A stretch of 64,000 bases of DNA from Octopus vulgaris (taxonomy: Eukaryota). Below the pieces are notes generated by a model that was not told the origin of the DNA, made no database searches, and was given only the letters and a program-made list of their open reading frames with translations. Within the stretch, counting starts at the first letter, position 1; each line of letters opens with the position of its first letter. The position numbers and the translations under genes are program-made. This document shows, in pieces, positions 12,345 through 23,215 of the stretch. The stretch spans positions 100,254,001-100,318,000 of the forward strand of contig OX597816.1 of NCBI GenBank assembly GCA_951406725.2, read 5' to 3'.

Positions 12345-14175
12345 AAGCTTACTTGATTTCTTTGTAGCCCTTGCACATACTCCACATCCACTGTCCAACT
12401 TGCCTGCATAGTGTTGCCATCTGAGCAATGTGCACATGGAAAGTTGCTTTGTTGCTCACGTGGATTCCCAGGTTGCACACCAACTCTAACTCTGGGATTA
12501 CATTGCCTGCTGGTCCCATGTACTTCAGTTGTAGTTTGTATGTGGGTTGATTGTGGAGCGCTTGAAATTTTGCAGCATTGAACTGCATATTATTCTCATC
12601 TGCCCACTTATATATTGCATTCAGGTCATTCTGCAGTCTTAGGATGTCAGTAGGATCTTTGATCGCCTGCAATACTTTTGTATCATCGGCGTGGCTGGTA
12701 AGTGTGGCTGAGGGCATATCCAAGAGAGCAACCACAAACTGTAGTGGTCCAAGCTCTGTTCCCTGGGGGACTCTGCTGAAGATTGTTGTCACTTAGAGAG
12801 AGCACCCTTTGCTGTGGCAGCCTGACTTTTGCCCTTCAGGAAATCATGCAGTCACTCTGCCAGTCTACCTGCAATACTGAGGTCATGCAATTTGTGACAC
12901 ACCACCCCATGCTCGATCTTGTCAGAGACCTTGGCAAAGTCAAGATATATCACATTTGAATGGTTGAGCTGTTGTTTTAGTACCCAGTTGAAGTGCTGTA
13001 GTAGCTGTGTTAGGCAGCTCCTTCCAGGACAGAAGCCATGTTGCATGCCTAAGCAAGTCATTTTCTTCTAGGAATGTGGTCAATTTTTTTCTGACAATGC
13101 ATTCCATGATCTTGATAACATGTGAGGTCAGAGAGATAGGCCTGTAGTTTATAGCATCTGCTCTGCTTCCTCCTTTGTGGACAAGGCAGATTATTCCTTC
13201 TTTTAACATTTGAGGAAATGTACTGCATTCAAGGGAACTCTGAAAAAGCATTTGCAGTGGTTTTGCAAGAGTTTTCTTGCATGTTTTTAACAGAATTGCA
13301 GGGAGTCCATCTGGGCCTGTGGCAGAGTATGAGTTTATCTCATCAATGGCTGAGAATACATCCTCTTCTGTAATATCAATGTAATTGATGGTTACCTTTT
13401 TCTCTTGTAGATTAGGTGTTGAACTCATCAGGTCTGCTTATTTTCATGTTTTCCAGTGAAGTGAAAACACTATGGAATTTTTTATTGAGTGCTTCATTTA
13501 TCCTCTTGGGGTCTAGAGTCAATGAGCTGTTTTCATCAAAGGGTAGCCCTATCCTGTAGTGCATTGAGGCAGACTCTTTTGTGAACTTGTAGAAGGCTTC
13601 AGGGTTCCTTTTTATATTTTCCACCACCCTGGCTTCTCTGTTTACCCTTTCTTTTTCATGGGAGAGTCTGATTTTATTCTCAGTCTCTAGGGATGCCATT
13701 TTGAGGTAGGGATTTTTGCTGTGTTTAAGTGATTTGAGATCTTTATCCTCCATCTCATTAGGATACTCCTATCATGGGGTATAATTTTCTTATGTGTAGT
13801 GGCTTTCTTCTCTGGGACAAACACATATGGTTCATATTATTGACATGAACTCATTGAATTTCATGTCAGTATCTTGCATGGACAGACTTTTAAGCCAGTT
13901 TTGCTGGAGTATCTCTTCGTTGATAGACTTCCAGTCAGCCTTGTAGAAGTTCAGGTTGGCTAGTGCTTGGGATCCAGCTGTGTGATATGATTCTTTAATT
14001 AGCTTTGGACCATATATTTAGTGAGTTGATGGTGAGAGTTTTATGTTGTGGATAAGGTTCATATTGTTTGTGAAGCAAAGATCCAGGATATTGTTATTTC
14101 TGGTTGGGGAAAGTTTGGTCAGCTCCATGAACATTATTTTTGTGATATCTACTAGAGATTCTGCCTGATTGCATT
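12345..14175 (-). mobile_element. CR1/L2-group LINE ORF2 relic (endonuclease C-terminus plus RT), frameshifted
   Basis: PTRNNNILDLCFTNN (APE end), SATGPDGLPAILLK, NYRPISLTSHVIKIME, QHGFCPGRSCLTQLL, IYLDFAKVSDK, VPQGTELGPLQF, HADDTK. Confidence 0.92.
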
Positions 14176-15519
14176 CTTACTTATAAGTAATATTTTGAAC
14201 TATGTTTAATCATTCTGAATGTCCTTTATTTTGAAGTTCATTAATTCATCTGATGAAAAGGGTTTCTTTACAATGATATGATATTTTCATTAATCAATTA
14301 AAGGAGTCATTAGAAACAGATGTAATGGATTGACAGCTGTACTTCTATTGTTATTCATGTATGTATGTATAAATTTAAGTCACAGTATATGAATTCAAGT
14401 AATCTGGTGGTACTCATAAAAAAAGCTCATTAATGCATCATTGTACAAAACATGAAATATATAGCATGATAGAAGTAAAAATGACAAGGAGTGCATAAAG
14501 TCATGAATGACAGAAATAGTTTGATGAAATTTTATTTAACAATATTTTCTGCATTTTGCATTAATGCAGACATCTAAGTAACTTATTTATTATTAAATAT
14601 ATTAATATAAATTTACATGTTTTTATGTTATGAAACAATTTTTTTCATGTTTAAATTTTCTTATTGTTAAATAAACTTTGTCAACAAAATATTTCTCTGT
14701 CATATTATTATTTTTATAATAGCCTTTACATAAGTAATCCTCCTAATTTTGTACCTCTAGAAATTTATATTAGCTTGTATATAATAGCACTGGTAACTTC
14801 ACAACTTATAATATACCTCTTAGATTATAATTAATATATAGTTAGCATGTTCTATCGCCCCAGTATTCCTTTAGTAAATGCCAGTGATCAGTCTTTATAG
14901 ATTCCACCTAATAAGAAAATAATTAAGTATATGAATGAATATCAAACTAATTCTATATAATTTTTTTCTCTCTCTATTCTCGAAAAATTTGGTATATATT
15001 CAAAATTTATCTTTTTGGTTATAATATTCTTTTTGATAACCATAAATTTTATTGTTATACAATATAACATTATTGTTTAAATCAATCACCTATAGTATCC
15101 CATGATAAAATTTCCTCTGTATTATCCCCATTGGTCTTGCCTCTAACTGGTAATTAACATCTTGATTTGAGGTCTTCCACTACCCAACCTCATTATAGCC
15201 AGTTACTTTATACTACTTCAAAAATAATCTTGACAAGTTTTATGACTATACCCACTATGATTCTGTCAACTCCCTCATGCCCTTTCCTAACAGACACTAT
15301 TCCCTAGTCTCAGATTTGATAAACAAGACTAATAAATTAAAACTGAACCAAAATCAGTGACAAGCTATGACCCAAACAGAATTTTTCCTGATGTCTTAGA
15401 AACTTCTAAGCTGAAGTGACAATAGCATGGATTTTGTCTGTCTTCTTACCATCTCAGAGGATTTAAGTAAAATTATACAAATGTATCCATCTGATTAAAA
15501 AAATTCTATCTATGTATTT

Positions 15520-15607
15520 ATGTAGCTGAGGATAGCCCTGCATTTAACTTGATGCAATGATTGCATTGTTCAATTAAATGGGGCTGCTTGAAACGGTCAT
15601 ACTGCAT
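15520..15607 (+). ncRNA. Type I hammerhead ribozyme-like motif (partly decayed), left arm of an inverted pair
   Basis: ATGTAG-CTGAGGA(15526-15532)-long stem II (AGCCC/GGGCT, CATTTAA/TTAAATG, TTGA/TCAA, TGCAA/TTGCA)-GAAAC-GGTC-ATA-CTGCAT. Stem I has 6 bp; stem III has a C.A mismatch consistent with CpG decay. Confidence 0.62.
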
Positions 15608-15632
15608 TACCTCTGGATATCCTGTTATTTTG

Positions 15633-15681
<49 letters not shown>

Positions 15682-15743
15682 ATATATGTGTGTGTATATA
15701 TATATATAAAATCAAAATAAGCAACAAGGATATCCAGAGGTAA

Positions 15744-15835
15744 TGCAGTACGATCGTTTCATGCAACTCCATTTAATTGATCAATGCAATCATTTCATTA
15801 CATCAATTTAAAATGTAGAGCAATCTTCAGCTGCA
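15744..15835 (-). ncRNA. Type I hammerhead ribozyme-like motif with intact core, right arm of an inverted pair
   Basis: Minus strand: TGCAG-CTGAAGA-extended stem II-GAAAC-GATC-GTA-CTGCA. Stem I is TGCAG/CTGCA; stem III region is the palindrome ACGATCGT; predicted cleavage after the GUA at 15749. Confidence 0.72.
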
Positions 15836-15974
15836 CAAAGAGAATTTAATTAAATTAGAACAGAAGGGCACATTAATATAATTTTACCTAAAATCTCCAA
15901 GGAGTTAAGGAGATGGACAGAGAACATGTTGTACCAACAACATCATAGTTGTAACTTATTATATATATATATAT

Positions 15975-16560
15975 AAACAGCTCAAGCATCATCAAACTCA
16001 CCAAAATATTTGCTGGTGACTCCAGGGTCCAGAAAATCATCAACAAAGAAGACTGAATTGAAATGCATTCTGATCTACATGCTGTAAGCCAATAGGTAGA
16101 CAAAAACAAATTAAAGTTAAGGGAAAATTTTGAACTGATGCATTTTGGAAAAAAGACTACATTCAAACAACCATTTTCTCTTCTATCAGAGGAACCACTT
16201 ACAGCATCCAATAATGTCAGAGACCTAGGGGTAATTGTTGACAATAATCTGAACTGGAGTGTGCACATTAACAAAATGTTGACATAGCTCCATAATGAGT
16301 TTCTAAGGTGTTCAAAACTTTCTGGTCCAGGGAGCAAGATGTCATCATTCCTGTCTTCTCTTTTGTGACAACATCCAGAATATTGCTACCCCTGTGGTCT
16401 CACTACACAAAACAAAATATCACGAGAACTGAGTCACACTAGCAAGCATTCACTTAAAAAATTAAAAGCATGACTGACCTTGATTATTGGGATCACCCTA
16501 AAACATTGAAACTTTATTCTCTCCAGCTCTACCATGAGTGCTGCACCAGTTGCACAATGG
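15975..16560 (+). mobile_element. CR1-group LINE 3' RT fragment
   Basis: KIFAGDSRVQKIINKED*IEMHSDLHAV..FELMHFGK..SNNVRDLGVIVDNNLNWSVHI, then LDYWDHPKTLKLYSLQ. Confidence 0.85.
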
Positions 16561-16730
16561 GGAGAATACACCACTATACATATATATATGTGTGTGTATA
16601 TATACATACACACACATATATATGTATATATATATGTGTGTGGAGAATTCACGAAAGAAACAAAAGACGAAGACAGGTGCTTTAGAAAAAAAACAGATGT
16701 ATTAGTATAACGCTCAGGAACTGAAAAAGT

Positions 16731-16766
16731 CTTTTACGTTTCGAGCCTACACTCTTCTACAGAAAG
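16731..16766 (-). ncRNA. Minimal type I hammerhead-like motif (A6U core variant) within a ~190-bp PLE-type repeat at 16645-16830
   Basis: Minus strand: CTTT-CTGTAGA-A-GAGT GTAG GCTC-GAAAC-GTA-AAAG. Stem I CTTT/AAAG, 4-bp stem II, loopless palindromic stem III (ACGT). Confidence 0.6.
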
Positions 16767-17554
16767 GAACATAGAAAGAAATGAGGAGAGAAAAAAAATG
16801 TGTGTAGTGGCTACCGATCTATCATGGCGACTCATATATATATATATGTGTGTATATATATGTGTGTGTATATATATATATATATACATACATACATATA
16901 TATATATGGATGAATGGACAGACAGACGGACGGACAGATGGATTGATTGATTATGAAAATTTGTATTTTTATTTATATGTTGTTCAAAGAGTTCCTGCCC
17001 TATCAGTTATGTGTGATGTAGTAGTAATATTTTTCCTTGTCCAGGAAATTTACAAGTAAAGTTATAAACCTTGATAACAGCTAGTAATTTTTCAGAATTA
17101 TTCAACAGCTTGACAATAAAACCTTCAACTTAAATTTGTGTGAAAATAGGCTACAGTAAAGGTATTAAAGATATTATGTAACATTAGGAAACATCTGAGA
17201 ATTAAAATTTGTTCTCAGATTTGCTATTCCAAGAACTTAGCATTACACCTCAGCTTTCAAAATAATTTCTCCAAGTGTAATTGTGTCTCTTTACAAAGTA
17301 ACAATATAAAGTGTTTGCTACTGTTCACTAATGTTCAGTGAAGGCATTCATAAGGAGGTATAGAGGAAATTGTTACCTGTATTATCTTCTAAAATGTAGT
17401 GCAAATAACTCTTCTGAGTAATGATATAGTGTTGTGAGTAGTGGACTAAAATATTCAGCATAATATTTTGCCATCACTGTCATAGTTTCATCTTTCAACC
17501 ACTGTTTATTGTTGGTACATTTTAAAAAACACAGTTAATATTAAAAGTTGAATA

Positions 17555-17745
17555 AAGGCAGTGAGCTGGCAAAATTCTTTGTATGCCGAGTGGCAGTTCC
17601 TCCATCTCAAATTCTGCTGAGGTTGACATTGCCTTTTATCCTTTTGGGGTCAATAAAATTAGTACCAGTTGAGCACTCGGTTCAATATAATTGACTTATT
17701 TCATTGCTTGAGCTTGCCAGCCTAGTGTCAAAATACAAAACCAGT
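17555..17745 (+). mobile_element. SINE copy (aaggcggcgagctggcag-type family), CpG-decayed
   Basis: aaggcagtgagctggcaaaa..aaattctgctgaggttgacattgccttttatccttttggggtcaataaaattagtaccagtt; related copies at 45640-45830 and 59720-59860. Confidence 0.65.
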
Positions 17746-19028
17746 ACTAAATTTGAATTAAGTCAAGATTTTAGTTTTATATAAGAGAAACAAAAAGCAT
17801 AATGTGCATATCTTTTTTAATGTTATTAACTTTATTTAATTTAGGTAAAATATAAATAACTGTAAATCAAAGTTGGCTGTATTCTCCACTTATTGGGATC
17901 TTATTCTTTATGACTATAGTATTGAAAAAAGTAACTATGATAGATATTCTTAATACTATAGTTCTTAATTGAAATAATAAAGTAATTTGACAAAAGTTTT
18001 ACCTTGTTATTGTTTTATTGTTATTGAGACTACATACTAAGAAAGAGAATTATATATTAAATTACATATTTCATTAGGTATAAATCGTTACGTTTATTCA
18101 TTTAATATCAATTGCTTTATAAAGCATTGTTAATTAAAAGGTCAAAATATGGGTATTGACACACAGCAGTATGAATAGAAAAGTGTCAATATATATATAT
18201 GTATATATATATTTTATCCTTATAATTTATTAACATCATTTTATGAAGTGGATATTAATAAAGAAAGATAAGAGTTAATAACTAATGAAGCATATAATTT
18301 AACATATAATTCTCACACTTAATTTTATATATCTCAATACAAATGAAACAAAACTGTCAAATATGAAATATTTTATTTCAGTTAAAATCTGCTGTATATA
18401 AGTTATTGTTGGTTTCTTCACTTGTATTGTCACAGAAAATATGTAAGATCCCAACAAACAGTATGCAGCCAACATTGATTATCAACTGTGTATTTTTTCA
18501 ATTATATATATTTAAACACATACACACACCTACATATATACACAAGCACATACTTTATCTCCTCTTCTACTTTGGAGCAAGTTTTATGCTAAGTTTTAAT
18601 TTTTAAAATATTTTCCATTTTATAGTTAAATCCTTCTGAATTATTTTTATTGGAAGTTATTTACTTGGTTTTGCTAAGAATATTATCAGGCTGCAATGAA
18701 GTAAATGCTAGAAGAAAAAGGTAACAATATCAAGTGATGTAATAAGAGAGCTGCTCAGCCTACAAGAAGAAAATCAGGAAATTATGTTCATTACTTAAAA
18801 TGTTGATTATCAGATGACAGATATTTCAATATTGAAAATTAAGGACTCAAAAATAAATATATAAAATGAAATAAGACAAAACAACAATAACAATGAGAAT
18901 TTTTCTTTTAGTGATTACTGATGAGATTAAATCTGCAACTTTAAAACTAGCAATAACTTATAATTCATTTCTTTATATTTCAACAAACTTAATTTATATA
19001 TATATATATCTGTGAACAATAGTATGTA

Positions 19029-19140
19029 TTATCATCATGATCGTTTAACGTCCATTTTTCATGCTAGCATGGGTTGGACGGTTCGACCGGGGTCTGGGAA
19101 ACCAGGAAGCTGCATCAGTCTAGTCTGATCTGGCAGTGTT
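19029..19140 (-). mobile_element. RTE-tail-type SINE, relatively young, 5'-truncated
   Basis: atcatcatgatcgtttaacgtccatttttcatgctagcatgggttggacggttcgaccggggtctgggaa, closely similar to 41508-41600. Confidence 0.75.
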
Positions 19141-19218
19141 TTAACGTCCATTTTTCACTCTGAACATTAGTGAACAGTAGCAAACACTTTATATTGTTAC
19201 TTTGATATATCAGTATAA

Positions 19219-19330
<112 letters not shown>

Positions 19331-19697
19331 ACATACATACACGTATTAAAGCATCAGAAAGGAAAATAGGGTGTTGATATTTGTTTAACCATAATTTAAA
19401 CATGACCAAAGTATCCCATCATTGTTTTTTTAATGTATAGTGAATCTACGAATGTATTGGCCAATGTGTATGGTCTTGTGTGAGGGAGATTTCATTACTA
19501 TTTCTATCAAGTTGAATGCCACTCTAGAGCTCTTACATGGATTACATATAATGTGCTGAAATGCATAGCAGAATACTTCATGTACTGAGTCCTGCCTGCA
19601 CACTGAAATGCAAGTATGTACAAACACACACACATTCACTCACTCATATATATGGCTGTTTAGTTAAGAAATGTATTTCAAAGTCATAAGCTTCTAT

Positions 19698-20244
19698 ATT
19701 TAAACATTTTTGCCACCATGGACTTATCTTATACAAATCAACCAAAACCTTGTGAATAAAACTTGATGAGACAAAAGTGGATGACCAAATGGATAGTAGC
19801 AGATATTCAGTTAGTGATTCATGTCATAAGTCCTTGTATACATAAATGTAAATAGGCCTCTACTTCAATTACCCCCATAAGAAATAATTGAACTCCAGAG
19901 GACAGTAATGTCAAACCTTTTGCTGTAACTTGCCTGGAAAGTCTTCTGGAATTCCATTTTCTATAATGGAATTAGAAGTCATATTTGACTTGATGGCTTC
20001 ATCCATCCATATATGTTATAATATTGTAATTTTCTCAACTGTTAACCTCAGTTTTATAAATAAAATAATTTTCAAAATTGACATCTACATTATGCTTATG
20101 TCAAATTCTTCAAAATTTATGCCTACATTATGTTTTTACCCAAATATTCCAAAATCTACACCTACTTTTGTCTCATCAAGTTTTATTCACAAGGTTTTGG
20201 TTGATTTGTATAAGATAAGTCCATGGTGGCAAAAAGGTTTAAAT
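19698..20244. repeat. 81-bp near-perfect inverted repeat (19698-19778 / 20164-20244) with a 385-nt spacer
   Basis: Arms are exact reverse complements except one mismatch (19706 opposite 20236). Confidence 0.95.
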
Positions 20245-21769
20245 TATGTCTTGGTTAGTTTGATCCCCACCATTTTCATGTCTCTTATTTAAGAATATAT
20301 TCATAATATCAAAATCAATTCAAGCTAGAAAATTTTATTTCTAAATTAAGAGTATTAATATTGTGTTTAGAATTGACGTTACAATTTTAAAAATTATTGA
20401 AACTGATTTTTCAGGATTTCCATTGTTATAAGATATTTGTTTAGGCATTTCTGATTAGATGTTTCTCCTCTTAGAATATTTCTGATTTTTCTCTAGTTTA
20501 TCCTTTAAGTACTTCCCAGTTTAGCTATTGTAGCACTTATTACTTGTGCACAGGATATTATTGAAGCTGTTTTTGCATTGCAGATATTCTTTGATATGGC
20601 TGAATTTCACTAAGAAATTTTCAAAGTATAATGTTATTTTTCTATACAGTTCTGATGCAGATTGGCTGAATTTTTCCAGTTAGAATCATTGTAGCTAAAG
20701 TTACTTTCCGCTTCAAAGTAGCTGTGGGTCTTATTTCAGATAAGCTGAGTATTTGTTTTTGAGGTGCTAAATCATTGTTATCACCATCACCACTGCTGTC
20801 ATCTCCTCTTGTTCTTCCCAGCGCTTGTATGTAAATAGGAGTGGGGACAGAAAACCTGTGTGTGTTGAGGGTTAGAGTTTGCACGTATGTCTGGGAAGAA
20901 TGAAGGATAGCTAGAGATGGGTAGTGGGTGAGAGGGTGAATATAAGGAATGAAGAACAATGAGTGAGGGTCAATGATAAATGTACATTAGAGGGAAGGTA
21001 GGGAAGAGTTAGTGATGACCATAGGGTTGAGAAGTGGATTTAGGGAATGTGGGAAAAAGCAAAGAGGTGATTGATGGTACATATGAATTGGGGGAAAGGT
21101 AAAGAAGAACAGGTGATGACTGACCATGCAGAAAGGGATGAAGAGCTGCAAAGAAATTATGATAATACAAAACAATAAACAGTTGCAGGATGAAATGGAG
21201 ATAACATGTGGGTATGTAGGATGAAAGTATGGGAGGGAAGAAGCAGATGCAATGCATGGAGAAAGTGAGAGATGTATGTTAGCAGAAAAGGAGTGTACAA
21301 CATTAATGCAGATATATTTTTTAATATTTCCTTGATACCAAGTCATTCAACAATTCATATCATAAAATTATATTGATAATTGAATGCATAGTTTAAGTCA
21401 GGTCAGGTGTTTGTTGGTTTTCAGTGCACTGATGATCTGACACTTGGCTGTACAATATGCTTCTGTACATGAAAGAATGACATTTAGTTGTTAATTTCCT
21501 TTTCCAAAGTAAACTGAATTGAAGTACATAGTGAGTTTATGTGGTATATCAGAACTTGAATAACCTCTTCATGTCTTCAAGTACAAAGATATCATTCTTG
21601 TAACTTAAATAGGCTGTACCTTTCAGTATTGTACTAACTATACCTAAGCTATTAAAGTAACCGATGTAGATTTTAGTAAAAACTGGAGATGATTTATAAA
21701 CCTGCAATCAGTCCTTTCACTTGTGGTAACATTCATATTTGGTCTATGAAAACATAGCAACTGCAACAG

Positions 21770-22235
21770 AGCCAATATTGTGCTTAAATGTATCCAATAT
21801 TCTCTGTAGAATGGACTGCATACGACATCAAGTCAATAGGATAGAAAACAGAAATCACCTCAAACACACAAAACCAAACAGTTGATAAGAAAAACTAGAT
21901 TGGTATGTCAAAAGGCGAATTTCATTGAAAATTTTATAATCATGTATCATTCAGACACACTAACAAAAGAAACAATGTGGTATTGGTAAATCACATTTGG
22001 AAACTAAAGGACAATAACATACGTTGTAACATCAAATGGAAAGTTTTAAGATGAAAACCATATGCAAATAGAGCAAAGAGATGCAGCCTCTATATAGCAG
22101 AAACAACACATCCTGCTTAAATTCAAGAACAACAGCAACTATCTGAATTCCAGAAGTGTAATGTTCACCAGTTACATCCATAAAGACAAAATATTATCCT
22201 ATACATTTAGAAAATACCTCTTACACCATTGATAA
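21770..22235 (+). mobile_element. Penelope-like element GIY-YIG endonuclease relic (3' end of ORF)
   Basis: NIVLKC (GIY-like), N*IGMSKGEFH*KFYNHVSFRH (YIG-like), NHIWKLKDNNIRCNIKWKVLR*KPYANRAKRCSLYIAE, YLNSRSVMFTSYIHKDK. Confidence 0.8.
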
Positions 22236-22789
22236 CAAGCCAGCTGAAAGAAACACTACATTTTTTCCCTCTCAGTTAAGAAAACTCCCAACAGTTGTAC
22301 TCCTCTATGCACACAGAACCAACATAGTGCACATATCACCTCATCTAAATACACAACCACCACTACATTCCTTATCATTCCCCTTAAACATCCTATTCAC
22401 CTAAAATAACACATGCAGCAACAATGAATTCGAACATTTTATATATTTTAACACAATTAAAAACATATACTTTAAAGTATTTTCCTAGTTAATACTGAAC
22501 TCAATAACTGCTGACAATCCAAAGGCCACATCTTACACTTAAATTCTACTGAGGTAAACCCTTTTGAAACAAAAATACACTTACACATTAGAATTGGTTT
22601 TACTCACGTTTTTGACAACCTGATAATTTGAGGAGAAAATGGTACCAGCTTCAACTAAGCTTAGCCATGTATCTTTCTCTAAACATGCAACTTAAGTTAT
22701 CTCTAACATAATAAAATATTCATGACTCTTCAATGTATGGAGTGTTTAAGTTGCAGAATCTACCAACAAATAAGCAGTACACACACACA

Positions 22790-23215
22790 TTGTATAGCTG
22801 TAGTTAAGAAGTTGTATCACAGCCACATGGTTTCAGAACAGTGCCATTGCATGGCTCCTTCAGCTGACCAAAGATTTGTTGGTAGATTCAATAGATGGAA
22901 ACCAAAAAATCCCATAATATATATGTATATAAATATATTTAGGCCTATTCACATCTCTTGCCTTGACATTTTGTAGTCACTGTAAACAAATATCACTGTC
23001 AAATAGTACTATTAATTTGCAATTGTCTGTGAAAACCTGTCTAGGGGGTTGTGCTGTCAGTATTCAAATGATTAAGTGATTAAATATTACATTGTTTGAA
23101 AGCAGGTAAGAGTTGGTGACATCAAGATCCTACATCCATTGCAAACTTGCTTCGACAAATTTCATCAAACCCATACAAGCATGAAGAATTAGATGCCAAA
23201 ATTATGAGGATGTGA
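22790..23215 (+). mobile_element. Decayed tRNA-headed SINE(s) ending in an RTE-type tail
   Basis: atagctgtagttaagaagttg..agccacatggtttcag..gaccaaagatttgttggtagatt..atggaaacc; tail aacccatacaagcatgaagaattagatg..gatgtgatgat. Confidence 0.55.

Noticed and set aside
14250-14275. CTGATGA-AAAG..CTTT motif
   Set aside because: The stem is followed by ACAA, not GAAA; probably chance.
17045-17055. 11-nt microexon candidate (ttttccttgtccag|GAAATTTACAA|gtaaag)
   Set aside because: Weak donor and frame-shifting length; no independent support.
18918-18958. CTGATGA-GATT-AAATC motif
   Set aside because: No GAAA after the stem and no convincing stem I.
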